From: Orbicella franksi
Taxonomy: Eukaryota
Length of the DNA stretch: 64,000 nt
NCBI GenBank assembly: GCA_964199315.1
Contig: OZ116703.1
Span: 558,001-622,000 of the forward strand
Direction of reading: 5' to 3'
Shown: one piece after another, positions 11,502 to 23,500 of the stretch
Layout of the letters: the number at the start of each line of letters is the position of its first letter
Numbering within the stretch: the first letter of the stretch is position 1
Program-made: the position numbers and the translations under genes
The notes under the pieces: model-generated
The model's database searches: none
Seen by the model: only the letters and a program-made list of their open reading frames with translations
Told to the model about the DNA's origin: nothing

Positions 11502-14500
11502 ATGAGTAGCGAGGAGCCTGGATCGAGTTTCGATTCTTCAGACGCCAGAAGTAACATGGCGAATGGTAATAGTGAAAATGATGCGTGGACAAATTTATCA
11601 CCTCGCATTATTTTTGTTCGTTTAGGCAAAGATAAATCAAAAGACGCTGTTGAAGATGAACTATTCAAGTGCATTAATCAGGTGCTGGGGGAATCAAATG
11701 ACAATGGAAGCGTATTGGAGAAGGCTAAAAATTGTATAAGTTTGCCAGATTTTGGCTCGAGTAGAATAATTCAAGTGGCAGTTGGACCGGAGTTTTTGGG
11801 ATTGCTTTTTAATGATGGACGTGTTTGCAGGGTTAAATGTGTTACAAGAAACCTTGATTCTATAAAGAAATTGCCGAGTTCTCTGGGAAACTCTGAAGAA
11901 CCACTCTTTCAAGTTCAAAGCGACGAAGCCTTTGCACGACAGCTTCAACACGAATTTTTGAATAATGGAGCGACTAGCGGAACCGTACCCGGCCGATCGC
12001 TGGTGTCTGGAACAGCGATGTCTCCGTCATTCCGTGCTTCTGGTAGATCTGGTTTCGGTAATGTTTTTGTAAGTAATCGGACTAAGCCGCGATTTGCGTC
12101 TTGGATGCCTAATACAAGTAGTGCGACTACTCAGACTCCAGTCTCTCGCGAATTCCAGACGGGAAAAGAAGAACTAGAAAAATCAAACAATACTAGTTCA
12201 ACACTTGCGGAAGGAAGTGGGTCAAGTAACCAAGAAACACAGGCAGATACAGCTATGCAAACTTCGAGCTCAATTAAAACTGAAAATCTCAGTAAAGATA
12301 CTTCCAATGAAGGTGTAGAGTCGTCTTGTGTGACAAAGGCAGGTAGCGAAGCAAAAGCCGAAAATCAGAAACCAAAAGGATCGGATAGTGGAAATCAAAG
12401 GCAAGAAAATGCTTTAGACCCTTCTTTATCAGCTGGTTCTAACCCCCGCCGCTCAGTCTCTTCACCAACTCTCCTCCACCGGACAGTCTTTACTACAACC
12501 TTTCCCGGAAATACGAGGCAATGGCCCGCTTTTCTGTTACCAGTTACAGGCTCTATGCCAATAATGCCCAGACGCTCAAATCTTCAGCCCCATGTTGTAA
12601 GGGCCCAGCTTGCTGAGGCGGGTGCATTTCCCAGGGGACCCACGACTGTTAATATTCAACGACCTGATGAAAGGACTTCCATTGAAAGTAAAACTACAAG
12701 CAGCAGCGATGCAGATTTTTGCTATCCTGAAATCGGCGACTTACAATGGCTGGAAGCTGAAAATGTGAGGGAAACTACATCTTTGAGTTTTATTAATAAC
12801 ATTCCTACGCATTCAGATTTGTAAATCATTGACTAAAAAATATTGATTTTAATAAATTGTAAATAATCTTTGTGAATTACAGTGTAAATTAATAACAAAC
12901 AAACAATACTGGCTTTTTCTCAATACTCAAAACACCAGATCTTAGAATAAAAAAGATCAATAAAAATGATGCTGATTTTTGGTTAAAAATTATTGTGATT
13001 TAAAAATAGGAAATTTTTGAAATTTTGTAAAGCACTAATACATGTAGCCAAGTGTTTTCTTGCGGTAAACCTTGCCTTGTTTTGTTTGTTTGTTTTTTAC
13101 TGGTTTTTCACTTTGCTTTTAATAAAATAACTGGTCTTTGAAAAACTGTTAAATCATGTACAGTACATGTATATAAAATTCTTTAAAGGAAGTATGTGTA
13201 ATGAGAACTTATGTGATTTTGTTAACAGGGTAAAGAAGTTGTTTTCTCACACATCACCTCAATGCATTCAGAATTTTTACTTGTTGAGAAAGGAACTGGA
13301 ATCCTTTATCACTGGCCATATGAAAGTGATGTGGCGTGCGACATTGCCATGGAGATCTCGTCCTCCAAAGAACCTACGTACCTTCCATTAGCAAAGCCCC
13401 ACCCATTAGGAGAGGCATTAGGTCTGGACTGTGAAGAAGTTTGTCTTCTGGCATCATCCAATGTTCGTTGCTCACTCGTTACATCAAGTGGAAAGATTTG
13501 CACATTTTATGACAAGCTTCTCAGAGGTGGGTGAGATCCACTGTTTTCAATAGACTGTGGTAATGTATGATGAATGTACAGACTGCTATGTACTGTACAT
13601 GGACTCATGCTCAGTCATTAGTGTGATCTTTCCATTTATTTTACATTTTGCACGGGTCTGGTTTGTTGTCTTGGAGCGGTGGTGTGTGTACATGCAAAAT
13701 TGTACATTTTAATTATATAAAAGCACACTATGGAGTTCATTAACATGTTGTTCATGAGACTGATATTCTTTTTTTTTTATGTAGAATCTAACTGTGGAGA
13801 TCCTCCAGCCCTTATCCAGGAACTCTCTCATCCTGCAATGGCATTCTCTGAACTTCAGGGAGAAAAAATCCAATCACTCAGCTGTAGTGAATTTTTTTCA
13901 AGCTTAATGACGCAGTCTGGTAAAATATTCTGGTGGTGAGTTTTGTGTGTGTGCTTTCTGTAACTTCTTAACTAGAGTATAAAGTGCTATTTTGTGGACC
14001 ACTTGTTCTTTTCATCCCTGACATGGTTTGATATTTCAAGAGTTAGAAACCCTCTGATAAAGTCAGCACACTTTCTTGGTTAAAGTTAAAATTGTGGTGG
14101 TACATGTAAATGTTAATTTAACCAAGTTTGTTGTTAACGTAGTGATCAGCTAGTTTATTAGAATCAAGTTGTCAATGCTTCATCCCTTTGGTGAGGTTAG
14201 TAGCAATATCAAACACAATAAATAAATAAAAATAAGTATCTTAACTGACCACTCCCTCAATGGGCTTATCAGGGCCAATGGAAACAAATGATGAAACAAA
14301 TAATGCAAATGAACATATAACATAGTTGAAAATTCCAACTGACATTAGGCAGACGTGGCCAAGGAGTTGAACTAGGGTCTACCAAGAAACAACTCCAGCT
14401 TAGTGATCAGAGCGGGACTTAACCATTAACCATTCGGCCATACTGCCTCTGTTGCACTACTGTAAGCTCACATTTTATTTGTAGCATTGTCTCAACAATC

Positions 14501-17500
14501 TTCATATGCAGTGATATTATTTTTTTTGGTCTCATCTCAAACTTGTAAGGCTCTCTAACAGTTTTGTGCCCTTCAGTGACATTACAAATACAGTTGTACA
14601 GATATTAAGAACATTCTTACAGAATATTGTTTCATTGAACTGAAGTTTTCTATAATACCGTGTACTAATCCACTTTTTGTTTCCCTTGCTGTCTTTTTCC
14701 TCAATCTTGTTCTTTTCTTCTGCAAGGGTCTTGTCACTTACTCAATACTTATGTGTCTTTTTTCTTTTTCTTTTCTTGATTTTAGGGGACTGTTACCAGC
14801 TGAAGAACGCCAAAACTTCAGGCAGAAGTTGAACAAAGCAACCAATGAAGCTAGTAACATTGGTGTCAATGAAAAAGTCCAGCTGCGTCAGCACTTTCCT
14901 GGGTTTCCTGGCGCATTAGTCTACAAGTGTTGTAAGATCAGGGGACCAGTTGTAGGACGTCTCATTGGTCACGAGTCACCAGAAGGGCCAAGCACTACTG
15001 TGACAAAAATCAGGGTTGAACCGCTGAATAAGAAAATTGACAGTGGTGACAAATCTCTTGGTGAGGCTGGAAAATTAAATGCAGATTTGCCAGTAGAGAT
15101 CACTCCACGAGGAAAAACTGTTGAAGAAGAATTAATTTCCAGTCACAGTGATGCTGTGAGATCCTCCAGCCCGCACACTAGTGTAAGAAGAAAAGCCCAG
15201 AGTATAACTGTGTCAAGTAATGGCTATGAAATTTGGGAAGTCAAGGATGTTGTTTTTCTTGAAAGTGAGAACAAACTGTTGGGTACAGTTGCCGCTATTG
15301 ATGGTCCTCATGTAATTGTCAAAGTTGCCAGTGTAGTGTCACCATCAGAGTCATCATTACGTGTGTTTAAAGTCTCTGAGCTGGAGTCTGTACTAAGTGA
15401 CAGTCCGGGAAGTACTGTGACTCAGCAGTTACCAACCAGTTCATTATACAGAGGGTGCATTCAACATTCTCCAAAGTGTATTGTTGGAAGTTCAACCAAA
15501 TTGGGAAATAAAGAAGTCCATGCTGGTCTTAAGCCTGTTGCCATGACAACCACATCAGCAGGAATTTCTCTCGTTGCCCAACGCTTGTCTGACAGCAAGG
15601 CATTTTTCTTGGGACCCGCAATGGACCAAGTTATCGACAGCAGTAAAGTTTACACCTGTAGTAGTGATGTAAATATTTCCTCAAGCAATGACCACGGTTC
15701 ATGCACAGTGGATGCTGAAGCCATCAGTAGCCGAGAAGCAGCTCTCATACCAACATCTTTGGTACATTCAATGACACACAAGAAGCCAGTCACTGGATCA
15801 AAGAGAAGACGAAACAGTGGTGATGACGATGATGATAGTGTTTCAAATAATGCACAGGCGAATTCAGCAAATGAATCATCAACCCCTGATGGTCTTTTTC
15901 CATGTAACTTTCATTGTTCCAGTCACAGATTTCCATTACTTCACTCCACCAGTGAATATGACATTGTATTGCTGACTGATGTTAATGGCTGCCTGTATCC
16001 GAGGCCTTATGGCACAAAGTTGTCAAACCCAACTGTTGGAGAAATTCCTCCACTGCATAGCTTTGGTCTTGGGACAAGATTAGGCCGAAGTTCTGAAGGG
16101 AGTTCTATACCTGAACGAGTATTAGTAGCATTTATAGGTAAGTGGGTCCTGTTGTTCAGAGCACAACTGAGCTAATTTAGGATTACATTTAATTTGAATT
16201 TTGCAGTGAGATTTTCTGTTTCCAATATTTATCTTTCAGTTCTGACTTTCAGTTTGACTAGTATTGAACACCTCAATATGTTAGTAATAGCAAACACTTG
16301 ATTTAATATATGATTTAGATTTGTTGATTAGAAAACAGCCATAAGAAAATACAAAATCATGTTTTCATAACTTGATAGAAACACAGAACTAGCACAAGCT
16401 GTTGATGTAATGATGGTGTGAACAAAGAGAATTTTTATTTTGATTATCAAAGTTAACAAGTTGTTTCTTTTTTTTCGTCACGTTGTTTTCTAAAAACATG
16501 TTCTCTGTGTTTCTATAGAGTTACAGAAACGCTCATAAAAGTTTGTGAGAACTTGCCTGTGACTTTTGTTCCCACAGCATTTCTCATTCTCCCAAACTTC
16601 CACTTGTGTTTCTATAACTTGATAAAAACACAGTACATGTTTTCTATTTCTTAATTAATGCCTCATTATTTTTGGCTTAGTATTAATCTGCTTTCTAACA
16701 GCTTGGAAACAGTATAATTTTCTGTCTTTTACTGTGCCATCACTGTGCTTTCTAATATACTGGTCACTTAATTTTTAAACAAATGTATGAGCCTGCAAAG
16801 CCCCTAAAAATTCAATAAAGCACAATTTATCATGAATAGTCAGCAATAAATCTGCCAGTAAATAAATTTTGATGTAATATATCAAACACGAAAGACTGCG
16901 TTTGACCACATTTTCCAAACATTGAGAAAAGAGCTGAATGTACGATACATTCATGTAGCAGAATATTTTTGACAAACTTCAAGGTGTTTGAAGTAATGCT
17001 GAGGGGTAACCTTGCAATGGACTAGTATCCTATCCAGGGGAACTCTTAGTCGCTTCATGCTACGGAAACTGGAGATAAGTGCCGACCTAACGGGCCACTT
17101 GGCTTGTATGCAGACTTTACCTTGTCTTTTTTTCGCCAGCATTTCAGGAACAGCATCTTCTGCAAGCTGTGCAATCTGGAATTGTACAAAAGATCAAGGG
17201 AGCGCTAAACTGGCTTAAACAGCTGAACAACAGTAAAGATATTGGGAAGGGAAGTAAAAGTGTCACAAAGGGCTCCAAAAAGATGGGCGTCACAGACAGT
17301 CATGGTCAGATTTATGAAGAACCAACAGGACATGTGACTGTTATCAGCAAGAGAGTTGCACAGCTACTTCATCAACAATCCACTTCTAACCAGAATGTGT
17401 TGCATATTTGCTGCGGCAATCCAACATTTGTTGAAGAGCCAACTGAAATCCAGAATGCTGTGCAGAGCCATGGTAAGGGAACATCTGCATGGATGGTTTC

Positions 17501-20500
17501 AAAATTCAACTTGATAACTTTAATAGTACAAAAAAATTTTCACTGTTATAGGCTGCAACCATGTTAAATTTGTAGTGACCATGGCATTCAAAAGTCAATT
17601 AAGGTGGCTCAAAACAGTTTTCAGTTAGATTTCAATGGGTCGTTATAACCGCTAATTATCACTTGATGCTACAATCATGGTACCAAGAAAATGCCCACTC
17701 ATTGGTGAACACGCTGTTATCATTTTCGTGACACAATAGGTTACCATAGCAACAGTATGACTTGCTGGAAACTGTTTTGAGCCACCTTAATAGTACATAC
17801 ATGTATATGTACATGTACATTCTTTGCAGCAGGTAAAATGTTTCTCTTTCAAATGATGTGTGACAACTGTGCATGTAGATTGCTCAAAAATCTAAAAAAG
17901 CTCAAATGGAATGGCCGGGCTTTCCATCCAGCAACTGTTCTGAAAATTTCAAGCTTTGTAACCAGAAATTTGTAATGCTATTTTCATCTAACTTATCTCT
18001 TTCTTCCGTCAATTCACACTTTGCTCTACAAGTACATTCATGTTTACAATAGGGTTCTGCAAGAGGCTTGTTGTGTTAATTAATTTTTAATTAATTCTTT
18101 CTATTTATCATGTGTTGTGTTTTCCAGCTGCAGGTCCATCTACAGCTGCAAATCCTGTGAATTCAAATGGTCTCCCAATAGAGGTAGCTGGCTTACACAT
18201 GCTGGTTAATGATGAAGTGTTTGCAAAAGAGCTTGTGCCAATGGTAAGACCTACACAGTATATGCGATAGAGTACAGTAACATTTAAATGTGATTGTTGT
18301 GTTAAGGGAAAAAGCAACATAAAACAAGCAAAGGTTTTAAGCATTGGTTGTGAAGACCTATGAAACAATTTCATTGTACATTTGCGCCCTTGGTATGAAT
18401 GAACCAAACATTGCATAATTGTCTTGTGCCTGAAGAGAGCAGCCGCATTTCAAACACCTTGAATGCACTTATTGGTAAAATTTGCTTGCATTATTTACAG
18501 CTTAAAGAGCGCGATGCTCGTGGAAACACTCCCTTCATGACAGCAGTTCAGTGCCACAACTTTAAGGCTGCAATTTATATTCTGGATTTTGTGGAGAGTA
18601 ATAAAGGTATTGTACAATCATATGCAATCATATGTAAGATTTCATTTAAAAAAAAACAACAACAGATATTGGTCATAATTCTGACCTTTTATTTGTTTGC
18701 TGTTTGTAGACAACATCACTCCAAACTTGCAGTGTTCGATGAGGGACATGATCTATCCTGAGTCGTTTAACGGCATGACACCTCTTCATGCTCTTGCTGT
18801 AGCTTGCACGGAGAATCTTCCTCCTAGTGGGCTAGGAAATAGTCTGACAGTGACCAACCTACCATCCAGTTACACTCCAAGGATTCTGTTGAAGCTTTTC
18901 CAAGGCAGATATCCATCAGCTTACAGGGCTACAATACCTCCTGCTTCAATGGAGGGCAGAAAGGTGAAGTTTTGTTTGTCACCTTTATTTCTTTTTCCCG
19001 GGATAGCACACGACTTGTATTTGGTGTTATTGTGTCGTATATTTAAATAGTTACTGCAAAGTCAAGGAACAGTCACTAAGGAAGCTATGGCGCAATATTT
19101 TAAGTCATATTTCTGACCATCAAAAAGACTTTCGAATTAAAACTTAACCTAGTAGTTTTCTTAGGGTAGAAAAACAATTGAAAGAAGTAATCTTACATTT
19201 ATGTTAAATCAAAAAGACGGATTGCGAACGATAAACTTTAAAAAAATCGGCGAATTTTCCAAGATGCGTCATGTACAATGTGGCTGATCTAATTCCATTT
19301 TTGTTCTTAATTTTTTGTATTAGTACTGTCGCAACAAGACACCAAAGCAAAGACTAGTAGAGAAACTTCGGAAAAGTAAGGTGAAGAAGATCCCTAAGAA
19401 ACCAGCTGAGTCCAAGAGAGGAACCCTGTTAACACCCACTACATCAGGCGGCAATAGCCATCCATGGTCAAGGCGTTATGTTGAAGGAGGAGGGCGAATT
19501 CCTGTAGTTGGCAGTCGACGAGAATCACAAACAGGTGAGCTGATGTTTTCTAAGAGCTTTTCTCTTTCACGTGGCTACAGTGTATGTCAGAGTGGGTAGG
19601 TACAGTATTCAGAGGCAGTCGCTGTGTAGTAGAACTTATGAGCTCCTGAACTAAAGCATTGTTTCTGTATATTACGTTTTGTCCCCAAGGTATGGTGACA
19701 TTTTCTGATCCTAAAGAACTCCGGCAAGCCCTGATCGAGATGGATCATCACATGGTATCTAGTGAGATGACAGCGCCTGAAGGAGGACTTGCCAGTCTAG
19801 TACAGCATGTTCTGCATGTTAAACTCACTGAGGTTAGTACATTGGAATGTCAACATTTACCACTGATTGACCTGAACAACTCAGTCCTATTTTTCTCTGA
19901 AAGTGTTAAGCAAGAGGCATGAAAGAAACTGTATTACAGTGTTTATTATTTGTTTTAGCCCGTGTAGCTAGCGGACTTTTGGCGATGTATAAAACTACAG
20001 TACATGTACCTTTGAGCGTTACTATTGTTACCTCATGTAAAACCACCAAACAGGACCGACGAACTTCAAATATTTTGAAGATGCGCCACACTCGCCATAC
20101 ATGTACATGTGCATCTTTTACAATCAAGGCCGCCTTTTGTGATCAAATTTCTTTTTGTTGGAAATGAGTAGTTTTGCGCTGGGGTGGGTCAGAAACATGA
20201 AATAACACAAGACATACTGTTTACGTAAAGTATTATTTTCAGGGTTAATTATGGAGTTGACAAATAGTCTTAGGCCCGTCCACAATACGCCGGAGGAATT
20301 CGAAAACGGAGGTTTCACTTTGAAAACGCATCAAATGTTTTCCTTCCGCGTTACTCCGGAAGAATTTAAAAACGCAACAATCACCGGTCATTTTGGATTG
20401 GTGTTTGAGGAAAACTCGGCTGGGAAATCACATGATTATCGTGACGTCACCGTGGTGTGGACGGTTGGCCTTACCGTAGAAATAAAGCTGCGTTTTCAAA

Positions 20501-23500
20501 TTACTCCCCCGTAGTTTTGACGGGGCCTCAGTGTATAAATGCATGAACCTTGAGTGTGAAAATGTGAATAATTTATAATGCTCATTTCTTGTGATACATC
20601 GTCAATACAAGTTGGCTGACTTGTTTTAGAAGGTCCTAGGCGTGCATTTATGATAGTGGTATTACATTAGAGATGATGTTGTGAATTATCCAGGTGGAAA
20701 ATGACGAGACAGAGAGAACAGAAATGGAGGTGGGTGTCCGAGGAGGCGTGTATAATGTGTCCAATGTTGAAGGAATGGCCAAGATAATACCCAAGACACT
20801 GTGCTTTACTGATCATCCTACGCAAGACAAAATAGTGGTGAGTGGAAACAATTCCTGCTTAAACGAGCTACTTCACGGTTTGCGCATCGTTAAAAGTTTA
20901 GCCTAAATTTTTCAAGTTTGTCGTTTGCAATCCGTTTTAATCTTCCCCATCCTTAACCATCCTTGTTTCTGTATGGTTTCTTATTATCCCTTATGTGTTT
21001 TTCTATGGTGTTTTTAGTGAACCACTATTTCAGGTTTCCTTCGATTTAAAGTTAATTTTGTTCATGGCCAAAATAACTCAAAACACCGTGACTGAACTCT
21101 TGAGCTAACACTGGGAATCGATGCAGACTGATGTAAACACCTATTATGAAAGTACCTTGTTCTTGATTTTAACATCATTAAGCCAGTGGGAGTTGTTTTG
21201 TACTAATTACGAGCGAGACCTAACCGATGTAATTATGTGTTCTTTAGGATGCCGAAGATAAGCTTATCGGCCAATTGTTTTCTCGTCTTTTGTCCTATTC
21301 AGAGGTGAGTGATTGGAATTCTATTTTCTTGAACAGGAAAATATGCAATATTTATTGTCGAAAACGTTAGGATGCTCGTGTGTTAACATTTCAGTCTCAA
21401 GTCCAAAATGTTGATAGAGATTTTAAATTCTCATGTAGAACTTCCTGAGAATTAATTTTGGTGCCATATGGCTACTTAAATTGAACCTTATCTGATGATT
21501 CCCGTAATTCTCATCAACTGTCAGCTGGGCTAACTATCAATATTGTATAGAGATATCAGATGTCGATCATGTTTTTCAGATTGCTACCGCCAGAAACAAG
21601 GAAGGCGACACATCTTTGGCATTCCTGGTCAATAATTCTCGATGGATTAAACTGAACGCCAGCCAGAAGCTGCGACTCACCAAATACGGGAACCTTTTGT
21701 TTGGACAAGACTCCACATTTACTGTCAAACGGGAGCTTGGACTTCAGCCAGAAACCTCCAGACCTGCCGAGAACGGTGAAATAATGGCTGAGATCAATAT
21801 AACAGGTGTGACAGATGCCTCCATGCTGGAGAGTAATCTTCTAGCTCAACTCGACGACATCTCCAGCAGCTTTCGAAGCATTGTAGATACACTGACAGCA
21901 CTGGAGAGGAGATGTTCACCAGAAGATGCACAGCAGCAGAGCGTGCAAGCAGATTCTGATGAGACAGCAAAGCCAGTAGACAATGAAGCTTCCCCCAGTG
22001 GGAATGACCCAACAGCTGCAGGAGCCACGGACAGTCCAGCGCCTGATTTGATGAGTTTCCCACCAACTGTAGCAAGTGTCCCTGATGATCTATCCAGTGA
22101 GAGTTTTCCTGTTTTGATACAACTTACACACAGCTGGCCCTCTGTCGCGTCAACTGTTCTGGGGTACTACCCTATGGGTACTTCTGCTGGGGGCTCAGAC
22201 GTGGACATGTCCGAGGAGCAAAAGGGTTCTGGTGGTTCACTCCAGAAAGGTCCGTCACGATCTGGTCCAATAGAGTCTTGCTCCCTGGATTCGTTTGTCT
22301 TTGAATTGCTTTCTCATGCTGACGAAGCTGTCTTGGTGAGTTTTGTGGAGACTATTATCACTGAAATGAACAAGCATCCTCAACTCCTGACACTGGACGC
22401 GGCTCATCGGATTAGTGAGCTACACATCCCTCCAACCGCCAGGGATGTTGCTATGATGGTTGGAATCAAGTTTCTGAGGTCTGTCATCCGACAGTTAGCT
22501 GTACACCTCAGCAGGTCTGGCTTATCCTATGTTGACCTTCGAACCCGCCTCGGGTCCAGTCCTTCAGCGTCCAATGTCCGAAACGTTCAGAGTGACAATG
22601 TGGAGTTCAAGAGGAAAGTCAGGTGAGACAAGAGATGCCCGGCCCCCTGACGTACAAACGTCTGTGAACTTGTCAATTACTAGTAAATGTACCTTTTTAG
22701 CGGGTTTCAATCCGTTTCTTTTTAAACTTAACACGTTGATAAACTGAAACCAACCTTTTCACATGCGTTCTGTATCGTGGTACGTTACCCATCTTTGTTA
22801 TATGGTTTTTGTTTGTAGCCGATATAACGCGCACTCTGATCGGCTAATTTTAGGGTATTGTTCCACGGTCCGATTTTGGGCCAGCAAAAACAAACCACAA
22901 AACCATGGAATAAACAACTTTCTGACCTCGAACGTTCGGTCTTTACGGGAAAATATAGACCTCGCTATCGCTCGGTCAATACGGCAAGGTCTCGGTTTGA
23001 GATTTTCCCGTAAAGACCTCACTCTCGGTTAATAAGTGGTTATTCCTGTGCAAACAACTTGTAATGACCATAACCTTCGTTTCACAGAGAACTTGACACA
23101 CGACCGCGATGGTGAATTTTTAAGTAAGCTGAGTTTCAGGTTGTCGGTGCTCTGACATTCCTTTCATTGTTAGTTTTATGTTAGCCAATGATTACACCGT
23201 AGCTAAGTTGACTCTTTGGGACATTTCCATAGAGCAAATAGCTTCAACGTGTACTTCTTTTCTCAATGTAACCACGCACAATTGTTTGTCCTTGTAGAAT
23301 GATTTTGCGCTCATTTTCATGGCTGGCTGTGCATGAGTTGATCCAAGCCGCGGAGGCTTCCGTTGTTCCCGTCAGGGAAGGTGTGGCTAAGCCTCAAGCC
23401 CGCTCCACAGGCTCCTCAGTCAGTAACAGCATACCCAACCCTAATGGAGGATTCCCGGGTGCTAGGTTCCGGTTTAGACCAGGTAAATGTTTACTCTGTT

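Noticed and set aside
16519-16620. Possible extra UBR5-like exon after CTATAG/TTACAG
   Set aside because: It lies in a MITE, hits stops, and exon 4 joins exon 5 in phase without it.
20251-20514. 87-aa ORF; likewise 8387-8647, 30156-30539, 61388-61606 and 62237-62485
   Set aside because: Each lies inside a MITE or SINE and shows no transposase motifs.
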